This document shows, piece by piece, positions 10,776-20,524 of a DNA stretch of 64,000 nt. The stretch covers positions 68,556-132,555 of the forward strand of contig JAJACP010000003.1 of the NCBI GenBank assembly GCA_022601445.1, read 5' to 3'. The stretch's first letter is position 1, and each line of letters opens with the position of its first letter. The translations under genes and the position numbers were made by a program. This stretch comes from Chlamydiales bacterium. Lineage in GTDB: Bacteria > Chlamydiota > Chlamydiia > Chlamydiales > JAAKFR01. The notes under the pieces were generated by a model. That model saw only the letters and a list, made by a program, of their open reading frames with translations. It did no database searches and was not told where the DNA came from.

Positions 10776-10804
10776 ATTAGGACGAAATAGTACAAAAAAA
10801 AAGG

Positions 10805-11164
10805 ATGCGAAACAAGATTTTGATTGTCGATGCCGACCCAAGCGCGCGGCAAGCCTTAGAAGAGATACTTCAAGAAGTGGTGGAAAAGGGGGGCGAGTTC
10901 CTCTTTGCCAGCACCCAAGAAGATGGTTTGACCCTTTTAACAAAAGAGCACCCTCAGCTGGTGTTTGTGGATACTCTCCTTCTGGGCGAGAATGAAGAGG
11001 CGTGGAACCAAGAAGGAGTCCATGTTGTGGTGATGCAAATCGGTCACCAGCAGGATCAGTACCGTGCAGACGTTCTGCTCAAGCCGCTGAGGCCTCATCA
11101 GGTTCTTGAGAAGTGTCAGGCCTTTTTGGGAAAAGAAATCTCTCCACAGATGCCCCCCATGTGA
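10805..11164 (+). CDS. Stand-alone response regulator receiver domain
   Basis: KILIVDAD, PQLVFVD, VLLKP pattern; no output domain. Confidence 0.75.
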   Translation: MRNKILIVDADPSARQALEEILQEVVEKGGEFLFASTQEDGLTLLTKEHPQLVFVDTLLLGENEEAWNQEGVHVVVMQIGHQQDQYRADVLLKPLRPHQVLEKCQAFLGKEISPQMPPM

Positions 11165-11804
11165 GCTTATCGATTCCCAAAGCCACCAGCCACATAAGCA
11201 CAGGCGAGGTGACCACGTCCGAGACAAAATGTCCCCCTTGCACGACGCGCGTGATCATTAAGCTTCCTCCAAGACCTGCTGTGAGGACAATTCCCCCCAC
11301 AAAGAGCACCTGATTGCGCGTCCGTTTGCCAACCAAAATCATGGAAAAAAAGTAGAAACCCATTGCCACATGTCCACTGGGGAATGACTTTTGCGGATCG
11401 TGACGCGTATGAAAATTCGGCTGCCAAAAGGGGCGGTAGGCGTGGCTGCCTCCAAATTGCTCAATCTGTTTGGGGCGGGGGCGTCCCCAGAACTCTTTGA
11501 AAAGGGCATTGGTGATGAGACCGGCGCCAATCACGAGCGTTAACACGATCGCAAAAGAGCCGCGCCGCCACTTCTGCCACTGAGGGCGCACATAAGAGAG
11601 AAGAAAAATACTCAAGCCTAGCCCTCCTGTGGCAAAGCCAAACAGCTCTCCGTAGTGATAGAGAAAATGAAAGAAGGTGTTGTTGTAGAATCCTGTTTCG
11701 GGCGTGTAGAACTGCTCCGAGACCATCAGGTCTAAATAAGGTGTGAAAGGAGCGAGTAGACCTAAAAAAAGCAGGGGAAGGAACCATTTAAGGTGGCGTT
11801 TCAT
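11079..11804 (-). CDS. PAP2-family phosphatase (lipid A/phospholipid phosphatase-like)
   Basis: KEFWGRPRP, SFPSGH, RVVQGGHFVSDV. Confidence 0.9.
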   Translation of the reverse strand: MKRHLKWFLPLLFLGLLAPFTPYLDLMVSEQFYTPETGFYNNTFFHFLYHYGELFGFATGGLGLSIFLLSYVRPQWQKWRRGSFAIVLTLVIGAGLITNALFKEFWGRPRPKQIEQFGGSHAYRPFWQPNFHTRHDPQKSFPSGHVAMGFYFFSMILVGKRTRNQVLFVGGIVLTAGLGGSLMITRVVQGGHFVSDVVTSPVLMWLVALGIDKLTWGASVERFLFPKRPDTSQEPDEASAA

Positions 11805-11901
11805 GTAACCTCGTGATCTTTGCTCCCATCATAACCCACTCTCTGAAATAAGGTGAAGGAAGGACTTGCGAATATTTGAGTGAGTCTCCTTAATAGGAGC
11901 T

Positions 11902-13110
11902 ATGTTGTTTTTGAGTGTAGGTTTACTCCTCGGTTTTGTGGTGGGATGGCTCGTTGGCCGGGTGAAACAAAAAGAGTTAACCCTGGAAAAAGAGGGGTTA
12001 AAAGAAAAAATCGTGCTTCTTGAGCAGATGCAGACAGCCTTTACCGAGCAGTTTAAAGGCATGTCGGCCGATGCACTGAAGCACAACAACGAGTCTTTTT
12101 TTCAAATTGCCGAGCAGGCCTTTGAAAAGAAGAGTCAGGCGATCGACAAGCTGATGAAGCCGGTCAAAGAGACATTAGATCAATTTGATGTCAAAATCCA
12201 AAACTTGGAGAAGGCGCGTACAACCGCTTATGTCTCACTAAAAGAGCAAGTGCATGCCCTGATTGAGTCGCAGAAAGATCTGCGCAAAGAGACAACGAAT
12301 CTCTCCAAGGCACTCCGAGCGCCAACAGTGCGCGGACGGTGGGGAGAGATGCAGCTGAAGCGGGTGGTGGAGATGGCGGGCATGCTTGATCACTGCGATT
12401 TTTATGAGCAGGCGCACGCCTCGAATGAAGAGCGCAGTTTCCGTCCCGATCTTCTCGTCAAGCTGCCCGGTGGAAAGAATATCGTGGTCGATTCCAAGGC
12501 GCCTCTGGAGGCGTATTTAGAGTCTCTTGAATCTTCAGATGAGGCGCATCGCCAGCTCAAAATCAAAGAGCACGCCCAGCGGATTCGGAATCACATGACC
12601 CTTTTGAGTCGCAAATCGTATTGGGAGCAGTTTCAGCCTACCCCTGAGTTTGTGGTTTTGTTTCTCCCCGGGGAAACATTTTTCAGTGCGGCGCTCGAGC
12701 AAGATCCCGGTTTAATTGAAGCCGGAGTGGATCAGAAGGTGATTTTGGCGACACCGACCACCTTAATTGCACTTCTGCGGGCAGTGGCCTATGGGTGGAG
12801 ACAAGAGAGTTTATCGCAAAATGCCGAGCACATCAGCGCATTGGGGCGTGAGCTTTACAAGCGGATTGCCGATATGGGGGGGCATTGGTCCAAGGTGGGA
12901 AAAGGGCTTTCTCAAGCCGTGCAGGCGTACAATAAAGCTGTGGGGTCGCTGGAGTCGCGCGTCCTTGTTTCGGCACGTCGCTTTAATGAGCTAGGGGAGG
13001 ATCATGAGATTGAGGCGGTGGAGCCTATTGAGCAGATCCCTCGGATCATCCAAGCTCCTGAGATGCAAAAAGAGAGTGGGGAGGAGATGGCTCCTCCCCA
13101 AAGGATTTAG
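11902..13110 (+). CDS. rmuC: DNA recombination protein RmuC
   Basis: N-terminal TM, coiled coil, RGRWGEMQL, RPDLLVKLPG..VVDSKAP, TPEFVVLFLPGE, ATPTTL. Confidence 0.93.
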   Translation: MLFLSVGLLLGFVVGWLVGRVKQKELTLEKEGLKEKIVLLEQMQTAFTEQFKGMSADALKHNNESFFQIAEQAFEKKSQAIDKLMKPVKETLDQFDVKIQNLEKARTTAYVSLKEQVHALIESQKDLRKETTNLSKALRAPTVRGRWGEMQLKRVVEMAGMLDHCDFYEQAHASNEERSFRPDLLVKLPGGKNIVVDSKAPLEAYLESLESSDEAHRQLKIKEHAQRIRNHMTLLSRKSYWEQFQPTPEFVVLFLPGETFFSAALEQDPGLIEAGVDQKVILATPTTLIALLRAVAYGWRQESLSQNAEHISALGRELYKRIADMGGHWSKVGKGLSQAVQAYNKAVGSLESRVLVSARRFNELGEDHEIEAVEPIEQIPRIIQAPEMQKESGEEMAPPQRI

Positions 13111-13400
13111 GCTTGATAAGTCCCTTTAGGAGCCAATTCGCCTCCATCTTTGCTCACCTTACCGTCAACTTTCTCATAGCTAGAGCGCTTGCTCTTGGGA
13201 TCGGCTTTATTAGGTGTTTCCGGTACCGCGGCATTAATCGTAGCGACGACTTCAAGCCCCTTAATCCGTGCTCCGAGCTTAGCCATTTTTGAAGGCTCGG
13301 CAGCGTCAAATTGTCTCGTGCCACTTCTCGTGTGTTTTTGTGTTCCGTATACGTTGATACCGCCATCCAATAAAGGGCTTCTTTCATTATTAACTGACAT
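13107..13400 (-). CDS. Hypothetical protein
   Basis: 97-aa ORF with strong RBS (AGGAGA) and an AT-rich upstream region. Confidence 0.5.
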   Translation of the reverse strand: MSVNNERSPLLDGGINVYGTQKHTRSGTRQFDAAEPSKMAKLGARIKGLEVVATINAAVPETPNKADPKSKRSSYEKVDGKVSKDGGELAPKGTYQA

Positions 13401-13495
13401 ATTATTCTCCTATTTATTAGGTTTGGTTTTTAGTATGCAATAATTATAGCATTCAATTGTTTACTTTATATTAAATTAGATAGAAATAATTTAAA

Positions 13496-14074
13496 TTAAG
13501 AATGTGTAAAGAGGGCTCGGTAACAGGCTAGGAGATGGTCGACGCCATTTACGGCGCGGTGGGGACTCTCCTCGGGAGCTAGGCCATAGTGTTTGGCGAT
13601 CGTATTCTTGGAAAGAAGGCTCTCTTTGGCCTCCATAGGAAGCTGGGGGTTCTCTTTGACCCGAATTCCCCAGTACATGGAGGCGAGATCGAGCCAGTGG
13701 TAGGGCCAGCCGTAGTGGACTTGAAGGTCTGTGTTGATGATTTGAGCGAAAAAAGCACGGTCAAAAGAGGGGTTTTGACAGATAAAGACCCCCTCTTTCT
13801 CCCCAAGTCCTAGCCGATTGAGGTCATTGAGAATCTCGCTGGCTACGACTTTTTCTGATTTTCCCTTTAGGGTCTCTTCCCAGGTAAAGCCGTTGATTTT
13901 AAGACTATGCGGATCGGACTCTGCCCACACCTCAGGCCTCTGACTCACGATTGTCTCGTAGCTGAGAACGGCCTTGTCTGTCTGCCCGTCGATCACCTTA
14001 TAGGCGATCTCTAAGGTACGGTGTTTATCGGGGTTGAGTCCGGTCGTTTCTGTGTCGAGAAAAATCAGCAGCAT
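13496..14074 (-). CDS. DEDDh 3'-5' exonuclease (oligoribonuclease/DnaQ-like)
   Basis: FLDTETTG, QNPSFD, WLDLAS, HRA..G motifs. Confidence 0.85.
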   Translation of the reverse strand: MLLIFLDTETTGLNPDKHRTLEIAYKVIDGQTDKAVLSYETIVSQRPEVWAESDPHSLKINGFTWEETLKGKSEKVVASEILNDLNRLGLGEKEGVFICQNPSFDRAFFAQIINTDLQVHYGWPYHWLDLASMYWGIRVKENPQLPMEAKESLLSKNTIAKHYGLAPEESPHRAVNGVDHLLACYRALFTHS

Positions 14075-14179
14075 ATCCCCCTACATAGCGTTCTTAGGAG
14101 GAAAAAGTCAAAGGAATTTACAAAATTGGCTTGAGTAAATTATAGTACCTTGCTATCCAGAATTCAAAAGGGGATCTGC

Positions 14180-14587
14180 ATGCAATTGCTCGAGAGTTTG
14201 ACCCGCCTGATCAGTCGCTTCCGGTATCCGGTCTCCCTGCCGGAGGATGTCGCTCGGGATCTGGGCATGGATCTTCCCAATACCTTGAGTTTTCATGATT
14301 TTATCCAGCTTCTCTCTTCCCCTCACCACCGCCCTGCTCATCTCCGGAAATTCATGCCGCGTAGACAAGCAGAAGAGACCTTTGTCTCAGCCTTGAAAAA
14401 AGAAAATTTTAAATCGTGTTCGCTTTTCTCCTACTCTTTCAATAAAAGTTGGCTAGTGATTGCTCTGTACTTTGATAACGAAGAGCGGTTGCGCCGTCTC
14501 CACCTTCAATGTCCTGCTTGCCAGCAGCTCGATGGGTTTGATATCCTTTTAGAAGAAGAAATCTACGCCGCCGCTTCATCTCATTGA
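14180..14587 (+). CDS. Hypothetical protein
   Basis: Clean ORF (MQLLESL..RFRYPVSLPEDVA) upstream of nusB; no recognisable domain. Confidence 0.6.
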   Translation: MQLLESLTRLISRFRYPVSLPEDVARDLGMDLPNTLSFHDFIQLLSSPHHRPAHLRKFMPRRQAEETFVSALKKENFKSCSLFSYSFNKSWLVIALYFDNEERLRRLHLQCPACQQLDGFDILLEEEIYAAASSH

Positions 14588-14621
14588 GTTTTTTGTTCTT
14601 TTTCTCTATAATTCTCTAGTT

Positions 14622-15062
14622 ATGTCTTTTTCTTCATTTACATTTCATGAGATGGTTTTGCAACTCCTCTTCTCTCTGAACGTGGGGGAGAGCTCTGAGG
14701 AGGATTTGATCCCCTTTTTGATGCGCCAGCTGCGGATGAGTCGCAAATCGGTGCGGGAGGCGTATGAAAGAGCGCAGGCTGTTTATCAGTGTCATAAGTC
14801 GCTTGACGAAAAAATAGGGGCCATTTCCGAAGAGTACGCTTTAGAGCGGATTGGAAAGGTGGAGCGTAATGTATTGCGTCTTGCGTTTTTTGAGCTACTC
14901 AATGAGATAGAGACGCCACGAGAGAAAGTGATTGCCGAGGCCTTGCGCTTAACACGGAAATTCAGCACAAAAGAAGCGACGGCATTTGTCAATGCCATAC
15001 TGGACAGCGACACGGAGATTTCAAGTGGATCAACACCCGCCCTTTCCTCACCAGAAGAATAA
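14622..15062 (+). CDS. nusB: Transcription antitermination factor NusB
   Basis: RIGKVERNVLRLAFFEL, VIAEALRLTRKFS, FVNAILD. Confidence 0.9.
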   Translation: MSFSSFTFHEMVLQLLFSLNVGESSEEDLIPFLMRQLRMSRKSVREAYERAQAVYQCHKSLDEKIGAISEEYALERIGKVERNVLRLAFFELLNEIETPREKVIAEALRLTRKFSTKEATAFVNAILDSDTEISSGSTPALSSPEE

Positions 15063-15900
15063 ACTCTTAAGCGCCCTTTCAACCTTTGGGATTGGGGGGC
15101 CTGCGCGTTACTTTGCCCAGGCTCAAGACAAAGAAGCGATGCAAGAGATGCTCGCTTACGCCTATAAAGCCGGGATGCCGGTTCACATTTTAGGCAAAGG
15201 ATCGAACTCTCTTTTCGATGACAAAGGGTTCAATGGTCTGGTTATTCTCAACCGAATTGACTTTCTTGAACAGACAGATCACCTATTTAAGGTAGGCAGT
15301 GGGTATAGTTTTGCTCGGCTGGGAGGCGTCACCGCGCGCTTGGGGTGGAGCGGGCTAGAATTTGCCTCGGGGATTCCAGCAACTGTGGGCGGCGCGGTTT
15401 ACATGAATGCAGGTGCAAACGGGAAAGAGACTGCTGACACGCTTGTGGAGGTGGGTTTTGTGACTGAAAAGGGAGAGAGTCTTTCTTTTCAAAAAGAGGA
15501 GCTCTATTTTGGATATCGCACCTCCTCTTTTCAGAAGTGGAAGGGGGCGATTGTCGAGACGTTGTTTCATCTCAAGCCCTCTGCCGAGGCAAAAGCCGAT
15601 CAGAAAGAGATTCTCGACTACCGTTTAAAGACCCAGCCGTATGGTGAAAAATCAGCGGGTTGTGCGTTTCGTAATCCAGAGGGCGATTCGGCAGGCAGGT
15701 TGATTGAGGCGTCTGGCCTAAAAGGGGTTAAGAGGGGTGGGGCAACGGTTTCTCCCACGCATGCCAACTTTATTGTGAATGAGGGGGAGGCCAAAGCGCG
15801 TGACGTTTTGGACTTGATCGCAGAGATTAAAGAGACGATTTACCAGAAGAAGGGAATCGTATTAGAAGAGGAAATTCGGTATATCCCGTATGACATTTAG
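15025..15900 (+). CDS. murB: UDP-N-acetylenolpyruvoylglucosamine reductase
   Basis: TFGIGGPA, LGKGSN, GLEFASGIPATVGGAVYMNAGA, SAGCAFRNP, HANFIVN. Likely GTG start at 15025 after GGAG. Confidence 0.95.
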   Translation: MDQHPPFPHQKNKLLSALSTFGIGGPARYFAQAQDKEAMQEMLAYAYKAGMPVHILGKGSNSLFDDKGFNGLVILNRIDFLEQTDHLFKVGSGYSFARLGGVTARLGWSGLEFASGIPATVGGAVYMNAGANGKETADTLVEVGFVTEKGESLSFQKEELYFGYRTSSFQKWKGAIVETLFHLKPSAEAKADQKEILDYRLKTQPYGEKSAGCAFRNPEGDSAGRLIEASGLKGVKRGGATVSPTHANFIVNEGEAKARDVLDLIAEIKETIYQKKGIVLEEEIRYIPYDI

Positions 15901-16714
15901 AGCTGATTTACATTGCCATTCGACCTATTCGGATGGAACCGATACGCCTCAAGAGTTAATTGAGCAGGCGATTGAACTGCAATTGGGAGGTCTCTCGATT
16001 ACCGATCATGATACGGTTGCCGCTTACCCCGAAGCTCTTAGCTTTGCCAAGGAGAAACAGTTTCCTCTTCTGGTGGGGATTGAATTTTCTGCCTCTCACT
16101 ATGGGACACCCGTACATATTTTAGGTTACGCTTTCCAGTTAAAAAGTGAAGCGATTGACGCCCTATGTAAGCGACACCAAGAGAGGCGGCGGCAACGAAA
16201 CCGAAATATCTTACAGAAGCTGCAGCAACTAGGTATTTCGATCGATGAGAGTGAACTTGGAGAGGAGGGGCATACACTTGGACGGCCTCATATTGCAAAA
16301 GAGATGATCAAAAGAGGGGTGGTGTCGACGATTAAAGAGGCATTTGAGTGCTATTTAGGTGAAGGAAAAAAAGCGTACGATCCGGGCGAGCCGATCTCTG
16401 TTTTAGAAACCATTGAGACGATCCATCAGGCGGGGGGCAAGGCTTTAATTGCCCATCCCCATTTAATCAACAGAAGCTCGGTAGAACGGCAGCTTTTGCA
16501 GATGCCCTTTGATGGGGTGGAGGGGTATTATGCCAGGTTCGCTCCCCATCAAGAGCGGAAATGGATTCAAATTGCCCAAGAGAAGGGGTGGCTTGTGAGC
16601 GGAGGCTCTGATTACCATGGGCGTAACAAACCTTTTAACCTGCTCGGCAGCTCTTGGGTAGGTAGGGAAACATTTGAGCAGCTCTATGCACAATCAACTA
16701 CCTCCAAGTCTTGA
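15890..16714 (+). CDS. PHP-domain phosphoesterase (TrpH/YciV-like)
   Basis: DLHCHSTYSDG, ITDHD, GRPHIA, AHP, GGSDYHG. Confidence 0.92.
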   Translation: MTFRADLHCHSTYSDGTDTPQELIEQAIELQLGGLSITDHDTVAAYPEALSFAKEKQFPLLVGIEFSASHYGTPVHILGYAFQLKSEAIDALCKRHQERRRQRNRNILQKLQQLGISIDESELGEEGHTLGRPHIAKEMIKRGVVSTIKEAFECYLGEGKKAYDPGEPISVLETIETIHQAGGKALIAHPHLINRSSVERQLLQMPFDGVEGYYARFAPHQERKWIQIAQEKGWLVSGGSDYHGRNKPFNLLGSSWVGRETFEQLYAQSTTSKS

Positions 16715-17729
16715 ACAGGCTCTTGAAATCCGCAGCATGAAGCTCGATTTGGAGCGGATGAAGCGATTTGACGCTGCACTAGGACATCCTAGTCGAGGCT
16801 TTCCTTCGGTTCATATCGCAGGCACAAATGGGAAAGGATCTGTTGCCACCAAAATCGCTAAGGGATTTCCCCGCAAAAAAGTGGGGCTCTTTACCTCTCC
16901 CCATATTCACTCTTTCACGGAGCGGATTCAGATTAATGGTGCGCAGATTAGTGAAGAAAAAGCGCATGCGCTGATGGAGTGGATTGTCAAAACAATTGAA
17001 ACCCCACCCTCCTATTTTGAATTGCTCACGTTACTCGCATTTACCTATTTTGCCGAAGAAGAGGTCGATTTAGCCGTTTTAGAGGTGGGGATGGGAGGGC
17101 GCCTTGATGCGACCAATATCGTCACTCCACTACTCTCGGTGATTACCTCTATTGGCCTTGATCACATGCGCTATTTGGGAAATACTTTAGAAGCGATTGC
17201 CTATGAGAAAGGAGGGGTCATCAAGCCAGGCATCCCTGTTGTTGTGGGTCCAACAGCACGTTATTATCCCGGTGCTATTGAGGTGACAGGATCTTTTACC
17301 GATTACGATAAGGAAAATCAAGCGATTGCGCGTGCTGCGCTTGAAGAATTGGGAGGAGAGTTTTGTGGTTTATCAGACACTCCTCCCTGCCGTTTTGAGC
17401 GCATTGGTCCTTATATTTTGGATGTCGCGCATAATCCAGCCGCACTGGAGCGCACATTTGAAAGAATGGTGGGTGAGCGTGTGCGTGCACTCGTGGCTTT
17501 TTCGGCAGATAAGGACATTTCGGCTTGTCTAAAGGTAATTGAACGTCATGCAGTTGCCTATCACTTGGTGACCATTGACCATCCACGCGCTTTTGTTCCG
17601 GAGGTTCCCTTAAAAATTGAGGAGGCGCTTGGGTTTGTTCGGCCTGGTGAGTCTGTTTTGATTACCGGCACGTTTTTTATGATGGCAGAGGCACGAGCCA
17701 TAATAGAGAGGGAGCTTGCTTCCGATTAA
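16686..17729 (+). CDS. folC: Folylpolyglutamate/dihydrofolate synthase
   Basis: HIAGTNGKGS, FTSPH, EVGMGGRLDATN, DH..LG, LDVAHNP. Confidence 0.92.
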   Translation: MHNQLPPSLEQALEIRSMKLDLERMKRFDAALGHPSRGFPSVHIAGTNGKGSVATKIAKGFPRKKVGLFTSPHIHSFTERIQINGAQISEEKAHALMEWIVKTIETPPSYFELLTLLAFTYFAEEEVDLAVLEVGMGGRLDATNIVTPLLSVITSIGLDHMRYLGNTLEAIAYEKGGVIKPGIPVVVGPTARYYPGAIEVTGSFTDYDKENQAIARAALEELGGEFCGLSDTPPCRFERIGPYILDVAHNPAALERTFERMVGERVRALVAFSADKDISACLKVIERHAVAYHLVTIDHPRAFVPEVPLKIEEALGFVRPGESVLITGTFFMMAEARAIIERELASD

Positions 17730-18192
17730 GCCATTGGTGGTAGCAAACGTGCCATTTTTTGGGATCGAGGGAGCGGGTAAAGTCCAGTAGAGCTGCCTCT
17801 TCTTTCGCTCCCTCAGGATGGCCTGGATAACAGGTGATAGAGAGCGCTTTTGCCACCATTTTAAGAGCGTGCCCTACGCTTTGCAGGGTGGTCTCGGTTT
17901 GGGTGGTTCGCTTCTTGTCACCACCGGGTAGATAGCCAAGGTTGTAGACAATCAGGGCAGCCTCTTTTTCCACAAAAGAGGCGTGAGATTGGAGCCTATA
18001 TGTTGCTTTTGGAGCTCTCATGCGCGCCGTCTCTAGGGCCTTTTCTTGAATATCGTAGGCGACTACCTGGACTCCCAGCCGGGTTAGATAGAGAGTATCA
18101 TGCCCATTGCCGCAGGTGGCATCAATGACCAGGTCTCCCGGTTCCAGAGTTTCCTTCCAATAGGAGTGGGCTTTTTGCAAGTGATTTGCCAT
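17677..18192 (-). CDS. SAM-dependent methyltransferase (YtqB/MnmM-like)
   Basis: IDATCGNGHDT, YNLGYLPGGDK, YPGHPEG..E. Confidence 0.88.
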   Translation of the reverse strand: MANHLQKAHSYWKETLEPGDLVIDATCGNGHDTLYLTRLGVQVVAYDIQEKALETARMRAPKATYRLQSHASFVEKEAALIVYNLGYLPGGDKKRTTQTETTLQSVGHALKMVAKALSITCYPGHPEGAKEEAALLDFTRSLDPKKWHVCYHQWLNRKQAPSLLWLVPLPS

Positions 18193-18259
18193 GACAGGGA
18201 GTATACCACTTTTTTCTTTTGAAATAGAGAGGAATCTGGTAGGCTCTTCCTTCTTCTTC

Positions 18260-18333
18260 GGGGTATTAGCTCAGTTGGTTAGAGCGCCACGTTGACATCG
18301 TGGAGGTCAGCTGTTCGAGTCAGCTATATCCCA
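18260..18333 (+). tRNA. tRNA-Val(GAC)
   Basis: GGGGTAT/ATATCCC acceptor stem, D arm AGCTCAGTTGGTTAGAGC, anticodon arm CCACG-TTGACAT-CGTGG, T arm AGCTG-TTCGAGT-CAGCT; CCA not encoded. Confidence 0.95.
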
Positions 18334-18335
18334 TC

Positions 18336-19439
18336 ATGGACCTAGATTCTCTCAGGCACACCGCCAAAGAAGTTCTTGCCGCCTCTGTTTGCGCCGTATT
18401 CCCCAAAGTTCAACTGGTCGGAGGAGGAATTGATGAGATTGGCTTTTACTACGATTTTCTTTTTCCCAAAGAAATTTTAACTGTTTTCAGTGAGCGGGAG
18501 CTACGCCATATTGAAGATCAGATGATCTTGATGATTCACCAAGACCATCCGATTAAAGTCTTAGAGATGATGCGAGAAAATGGGGCGCGTTACCTGGAGC
18601 ATCTAGGTCAGCCCCTCCGTAAAGAGGCTGCCCTTGAAGCAGAAACCAATATTGTTTCTTTGATCGAAATGGGTTTGTTTCGGGACCTTTGTCCTCATGT
18701 AGCTATCACTCAGACAAGTGAAATTAAAGCTTTTAAGCTGCAAGGATTTAAGTTATTTGAAGGCAGAGTGCGCATCTCGGGCACTGTCTTTCCAGACAAG
18801 CAGCAGCTCAAAACATTTCTTAAACGGTATAAAGAGGCAGCGAAACGGGATCCTTTCATTTTGGGTTCCAAAGAGAACTACTTTTTGCTTTTGAATGAAG
18901 AGTGGGTGTTTCTTCCAAAGGGTGAGCGGCTGCTAGAGCGGTTAAAAAAATATTGGTTAGCTGAGCACGTCGATATAGAGCGGATCACGTTTTCTGACGC
19001 GTCTGATCGGCAAGAGGTACATGAAACGGTGATGGCCTTGCAAAAGAGGGCTCAAATTGCCTCCTACTCCCTTCTAGAAGGGGATTTAGTCTCTTTTAAC
19101 TATCGGGATGATCAAGAACTTTCTAACGTTCTGATTTCTTCCTTGCATTTCTTCCAAAAAGCAATTAAGATCTTCCCGTTTGAATCAAGAGTATATTGTC
19201 TTGAACCAGAGTCAGGTCGTCTTTCGAAGATTTTGCATAACGAGGGAGTAGATCATGAGCGTGAGCGCTCTAAAGAGGAGAGCTCACATCTCATCCTGCG
19301 GGTGGAAGATGGATATGGACGGAAGCGGACTCTTTCATACATAAAGGTTGAGAGAAATAAGAAGGTCTTGCATCGTTCTTTATTCTACTCACCGAATGAG
19401 TGGGTGGCGCATATGATCGAAATGGGAGTTAAAATTTGA
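18336..19439 (+). CDS. Degenerate threonyl-tRNA synthetase-like protein
   Basis: [51 protein letters not shown] are ThrRS N2/linker traces. The catalytic core is much shortened and there is no anticodon-binding domain. It sits at the usual thrS position before infC. Confidence 0.75.
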   Translation: MDLDSLRHTAKEVLAASVCAVFPKVQLVGGGIDEIGFYYDFLFPKEILTVFSERELRHIEDQMILMIHQDHPIKVLEMMRENGARYLEHLGQPLRKEAALEAETNIVSLIEMGLFRDLCPHVAITQTSEIKAFKLQGFKLFEGRVRISGTVFPDKQQLKTFLKRYKEAAKRDPFILGSKENYFLLLNEEWVFLPKGERLLERLKKYWLAEHVDIERITFSDASDRQEVHETVMALQKRAQIASYSLLEGDLVSFNYRDDQELSNVLISSLHFFQKAIKIFPFESRVYCLEPESGRLSKILHNEGVDHERERSKEESSHLILRVEDGYGRKRTLSYIKVERNKKVLHRSLFYSPNEWVAHMIEMGVKI

Positions 19440-19987
19440 ATTTTCGAGTTAACCGGCAGATTCGTGCTCCAAAAGCACGTGTGATCGGTCCAGAGGGAAA
19501 CCAAATAGGGGTTATCTCTGTACGTGATGCGCTGACGATGGCGCAAGAAGCAGGACTTGATTTGGTGGAGATTGCGCCGAATGCAGAGCCTCCTGTCTGT
19601 AAAATCATTGATTACGGAAAGTTTCGCTACGACCAGACGAAACGTGAAAAAGAGAGTAAAAAAATCCAGCATCAAGTTAGGGTAAAAGAGATCAAGCTCA
19701 AGCCCAACATTGATGAGCATGATTTTCAAACAAAATTGAAAAGGGCCCAAGGATTTCTTGAGAAGGGGAACAAAGTCAAAGTTACCTGTATGTTCCGTGG
19801 ACGAGAGATGGCCTATCCACAGCTCGGTCAACGTGTTGTTAATCGAATGTGTGCAGAACTAGAAGAGATTGCCCATGTAGAAGCTCCCGCAAAAATGATG
19901 GGAAGGAGCATGATTTGCGTTTTAGCGCCTCAGGCTGCAAAGGGTAAGAAAAAGGAGAAACCACATGCCAAAGATGAAAACCAATAA
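19436..19987 (+). CDS. infC: Translation initiation factor IF-3
   Basis: [49 protein letters not shown] start. Confidence 0.97.
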   Translation: MNFRVNRQIRAPKARVIGPEGNQIGVISVRDALTMAQEAGLDLVEIAPNAEPPVCKIIDYGKFRYDQTKREKESKKIQHQVRVKEIKLKPNIDEHDFQTKLKRAQGFLEKGNKVKVTCMFRGREMAYPQLGQRVVNRMCAELEEIAHVEAPAKMMGRSMICVLAPQAAKGKKKEKPHAKDENQ

Positions 19988-20159
19988 ATCGGTTGCGTCC
20001 CGATTTAAAGTAACCGGTACAGGCAAATTAGTGCGTCGTCGCCCGGCGAGACGTCATAAATTAACAAAAAAATCTTCATTGCGAAAGCGTATCTTAGCGC
20101 GTCCTGCTTTAGTTTCAGAGACTCAATTGAAGATGTATAAGAAGATGATAGGAGCTTAA
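19965..20159 (+). CDS. rpmI: 50S ribosomal protein L35
   Basis: [21 protein letters not shown]; operon position. Confidence 0.97.
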   Translation: MPKMKTNKSVASRFKVTGTGKLVRRRPARRHKLTKKSSLRKRILARPALVSETQLKMYKKMIGA

Positions 20160-20164
20160 GAGCT

Positions 20165-20524
20165 ATGGTTAGAGCAACAAGTGCACCCGCGTCACGCCGT
20201 CGTCGTAAACGCCTTTTAAAGCGTGCCAAAGGTTTTTGGGGCGATCGTAAGAATCACGTTCGCCAATCGACTAACGCGGTGATGAGCGCGATGGCGTTCA
20301 ATTACCGTCACAGAAAGTTAAAGAAGCGCGATTTTCGCAGACTTTGGATCACCCGCGTGGGTGTGGGAGCGAAGATCAACGGTCTTTCATATAGTAAGTT
20401 GATTAACGGCTTGAAAAAAGCGGGTTGTGAGCTGAACCGGAAAATGCTTTCCGAGATGGCGATTCATGATCCTGCCGGCTTTAAGGCAGTAGCGGAGATG
20501 GCTAAGAACGCACTTGTATCATGA
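20165..20524 (+). CDS. rplT: 50S ribosomal protein L20
   Basis: AKGFWG, RKLKKRDFRRLWITR, LNRKMLSEMA. Confidence 0.97.
   Translation: MVRATSAPASRRRRKRLLKRAKGFWGDRKNHVRQSTNAVMSAMAFNYRHRKLKKRDFRRLWITRVGVGAKINGLSYSKLINGLKKAGCELNRKMLSEMAIHDPAGFKAVAEMAKNALVS

Noticed and set aside
10776-10943. 56-aa N-terminal extension of LexA
   Set aside because: It is antisense to the receiver gene; LexA similarity begins at MQGLTKKQ.
18300-18335. ORF-track start of the ThrRS-like protein at 18300
   Set aside because: It lies inside tRNA-Val; ATG 18336 is more plausible.
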